64,000 nt of DNA from Acidobacteriota bacterium (GTDB lineage: Bacteria; Acidobacteriota; UBA6911), in the NCBI GenBank assembly GCA_963664705.1, contig OY761556.1:6528001-6592000 (forward strand), in the 5' to 3' direction. This document shows, piece after piece, positions 62,006-64,000 of this stretch. Under the pieces are notes generated by a model, which worked only from the letters and a program-made list of their open reading frames with translations, was not told where the DNA came from and searched no databases. Made by a program: the position numbers and the translations under genes. Each line of letters starts with the position of its first letter. Position 1 is the first letter of the stretch.

Positions 62006-62794
62006 CTAGCTGATGCGTTTTGAACAAAGACGAAGCCCCGCTCCGGCGATGACCAGTAGGGCTCCGGAAAGTCCGATCAGCGGGAGGTTGCTGGCCGTCT
62101 TGGGCATTTCATGCGGGGCTGAACTGGACTGCAGTTCGGCCATGTCGTTTGAACTCTGCGCCTCCGGTTCATCCACTCTTGCCAGTGCGCCCGGCTCGGA
62201 CTGCTTCTCCTGCAGAAGCTGCATGTAATCGGTATGCTCGGCAGGCATTTCCGGCCCGACGCTGGCTGCTGCCGTGCTGGATTCGCCCGCCTGGCGTTCG
62301 TGCAGCGCTTGCATATAGCTGCTGTCCTCGGTTTCGGCAACCGCTGACGGACTTTCCTCACTCGGTTTCATCTGGCTGGGTTCAGTCCGGGCAAGCTGAC
62401 CGGGCTCAACTTTGGAATACACGAATTCGTGCCCGACTCTCCTGTCGGGATAGAACCACTCTTTGATGGCACGCGGAGCGCCGGCAGCACGATCCTCATA
62501 AACGATCAGGGTGTTCTCGGGAGCATTGTACCGGAGTTTCGGTATCGCATTGATCGTGGCGTATATCGTGCGTTCATCCGCGCTGAGAACTTGAACGATA
62601 TGCCGGTCGACCGGTGAATCGACAAGCTTGAAGATGTAGGTGCCGGCGGGAAGTACAACCCCCGGAAGTTCAACCGGCTGATCGAAGGTCAGCATTGACT
62701 TCTCATCCAAATCTCCTGCATTGGCTTTGGGCCCCATGTAAGCACCCAAAGAGATCAGGCAGGCTGCAATAAGAAGTACTCGCATGCTTTTCAT
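62006..62794 (-). CDS. Secreted protein with C-terminal LPXTG-like sorting signal
   Basis: Signal peptide; TFDQPVELPGVVLPAGTY, WFYP; C-terminal MPKTAS + hydrophobic helix + basic tail. Confidence 0.75.
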   Translation of the reverse strand: MKSMRVLLIAACLISLGAYMGPKANAGDLDEKSMLTFDQPVELPGVVLPAGTYIFKLVDSPVDRHIVQVLSADERTIYATINAIPKLRYNAPENTLIVYEDRAAGAPRAIKEWFYPDRRVGHEFVYSKVEPGQLARTEPSQMKPSEESPSAVAETEDSSYMQALHERQAGESSTAAASVGPEMPAEHTDYMQLLQEKQSEPGALARVDEPEAQSSNDMAELQSSSAPHEMPKTASNLPLIGLSGALLVIAGAGLRLCSKRIS

Positions 62795-63190
62795 ACACGA
62801 CCCCTTTCTCCAATGGTGTTGCAGATAGCTGCTGTGACTCGTTGCTATTGGCATCTTTTTTTTGCGTTCCAGGAAAGCCCGATTTTGAAAAGGTCCCTGT
62901 TTCAACCTCGGTGGCCTTTCTTGAAAACTGTATTCAACTTAGGAGATGATGTCTCGTGGGATAGGGTGTGTCAAGGGTATAAGTATTATATTTGTAATAT
63001 ATAAGAATATTATGAAAAATAATATCATTAATTATATCGAGCGGATGGCGGTTGGGTTATTGGGCGGTTAACCAAGATGCTTTGAGTCTTCGGGTCTTCG
63101 AGGTAAACTCCGGTTACGCTTTTGGTAGGCATCTTCGCTCCATAAAAGAGTTTTTCGATAGGTTGTCCTAATTTTTGAGGATACTTGGGA

Positions 63191-63529
63191 ATGAAACTGA
63201 TTATTGCGGTAATCCGGCCGTACAAGCTACAGGAAGTAAAGGATGCTCTTTCCAACATAGGGGTTGGCGGCTTGACCGTGACCGATGTTCGCGGCGTGGG
63301 GAAGCAGAAGGGTCAGATCGAGAGGTATCGCGGCTCTGAATACAAGGTGGACCTCATAGCAAAATGCAGAATAGAGGTCGCGATAGCGGATGATCAGGTT
63401 GAAGAAGTGCTCCAGACAATACGCAATGCCGCGCTGACCGGGGAAGTCGGGGATGGGAAGATTTTTGTATTGCCGCTGGAGGACTCCATGCGTATCCGCA
63501 CGGCGGAGAGGGGCGATGATTCGCTATAG
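63191..63529 (+). CDS. PII nitrogen regulatory protein (GlnB/GlnK family)
   Basis: MKLIIAVIRP, T-loop RYRGSEY, TGEVGDGKIF. Confidence 0.93.
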   Translation: MKLIIAVIRPYKLQEVKDALSNIGVGGLTVTDVRGVGKQKGQIERYRGSEYKVDLIAKCRIEVAIADDQVEEVLQTIRNAALTGEVGDGKIFVLPLEDSMRIRTAERGDDSL

Positions 63530-63614
63530 ATCCTGACAGGGATTGTTTTGCTCTGTGCCGGTAACGGCAGGCCGTCGGGAATGCAGACCTGCCGTAAGGA
63601 TGGTATTTCCCCAA

Positions 63615-64000
63615 TTATTCCGCAACGGGTTCGGTTAAGGGGAATAGCCTGCCCTCTGTCGGCTCGGATTTTGTGTTTCCGCCAATTGTCGGATTTCCTG
63701 CTACCAGGTCCTGCTCGGGATATGCGCTGACATGATGAATCGACAAATCGGAGCCCCGGAATTCCTCTTCCCGCGTCAGGCGGATCCCGACGGTGTGTTT
63801 GAGTGCAAGGTAGACGACCGAGCCGAGTGCCGATGCGTAAACGACGGCTGCGGCCGTACCGGATAGCTGAGCCAGGAAACTGACGCCTCCGAGTCCTCCC
63901 AGTTGCTTGTAGCCGAAAATGCCCGCGGCAATGCCGCCCCAGGAACCTGCAACCCCATGCAGGGGCCACACCCCAAGGACATCATCGATTTTCAGCCGTT
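63615..64000 (-). CDS. amt: Ammonium transporter, C-terminal part (5' end outside the window)
   Basis: KIDDVLGVWPLHGVAGSWGGIAAGIF...GIRLTREEEFRGSDLSIH. Confidence 0.88.
   Translation of the reverse strand, partial: RLKIDDVLGVWPLHGVAGSWGGIAAGIFGYKQLGGLGGVSFLAQLSGTAAAVVYASALGSVVYLALKHTVGIRLTREEEFRGSDLSIHHVSAYPEQDLVAGNPTIGGNTKSEPTEGRLFPLTEPVAE

Overview
64-kb window from a GC-rich anaerobic bacterium, probably Acidobacteriota (inferred from gene families such as the CPCC small protein, the LPXTG-like beta protein and the PQQ-propeller pair; not verified). Left half: anaerobic metabolism (Vor-type 2-oxoacid:ferredoxin oxidoreductase operon, NifJ-type PFOR, tetra- and octaheme cytochromes, lhgO, hemG/hemY, class I FBA, proC, ABC permeases). 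Centre: a complete IS110-family element of IS1111 type (29036-30575) inserted at a CT core inside a REP-like palindrome. Its 3' non-coding region folds into a two-loop bridge/seek RNA whose guide segments can be read directly against the REP target and the element's own circle junction. A tRNA-Sec follows. Right half: a dense set of PAS histidine kinases and response regulators, cheW-MCP, two PQQ-type propellers, an aldehyde:ferredoxin oxidoreductase with an in-frame TAG, and convergent PII and Amt genes. Intergenic regions are filled with several nested repeat families (REP/REPIN-like palindromes, MITE-like TAATGCCA ends, 7/8/9-mer tandem arrays). No CRISPR array or rRNA was seen. All calls come from reading the sequence and motifs by eye; no database searches were run.
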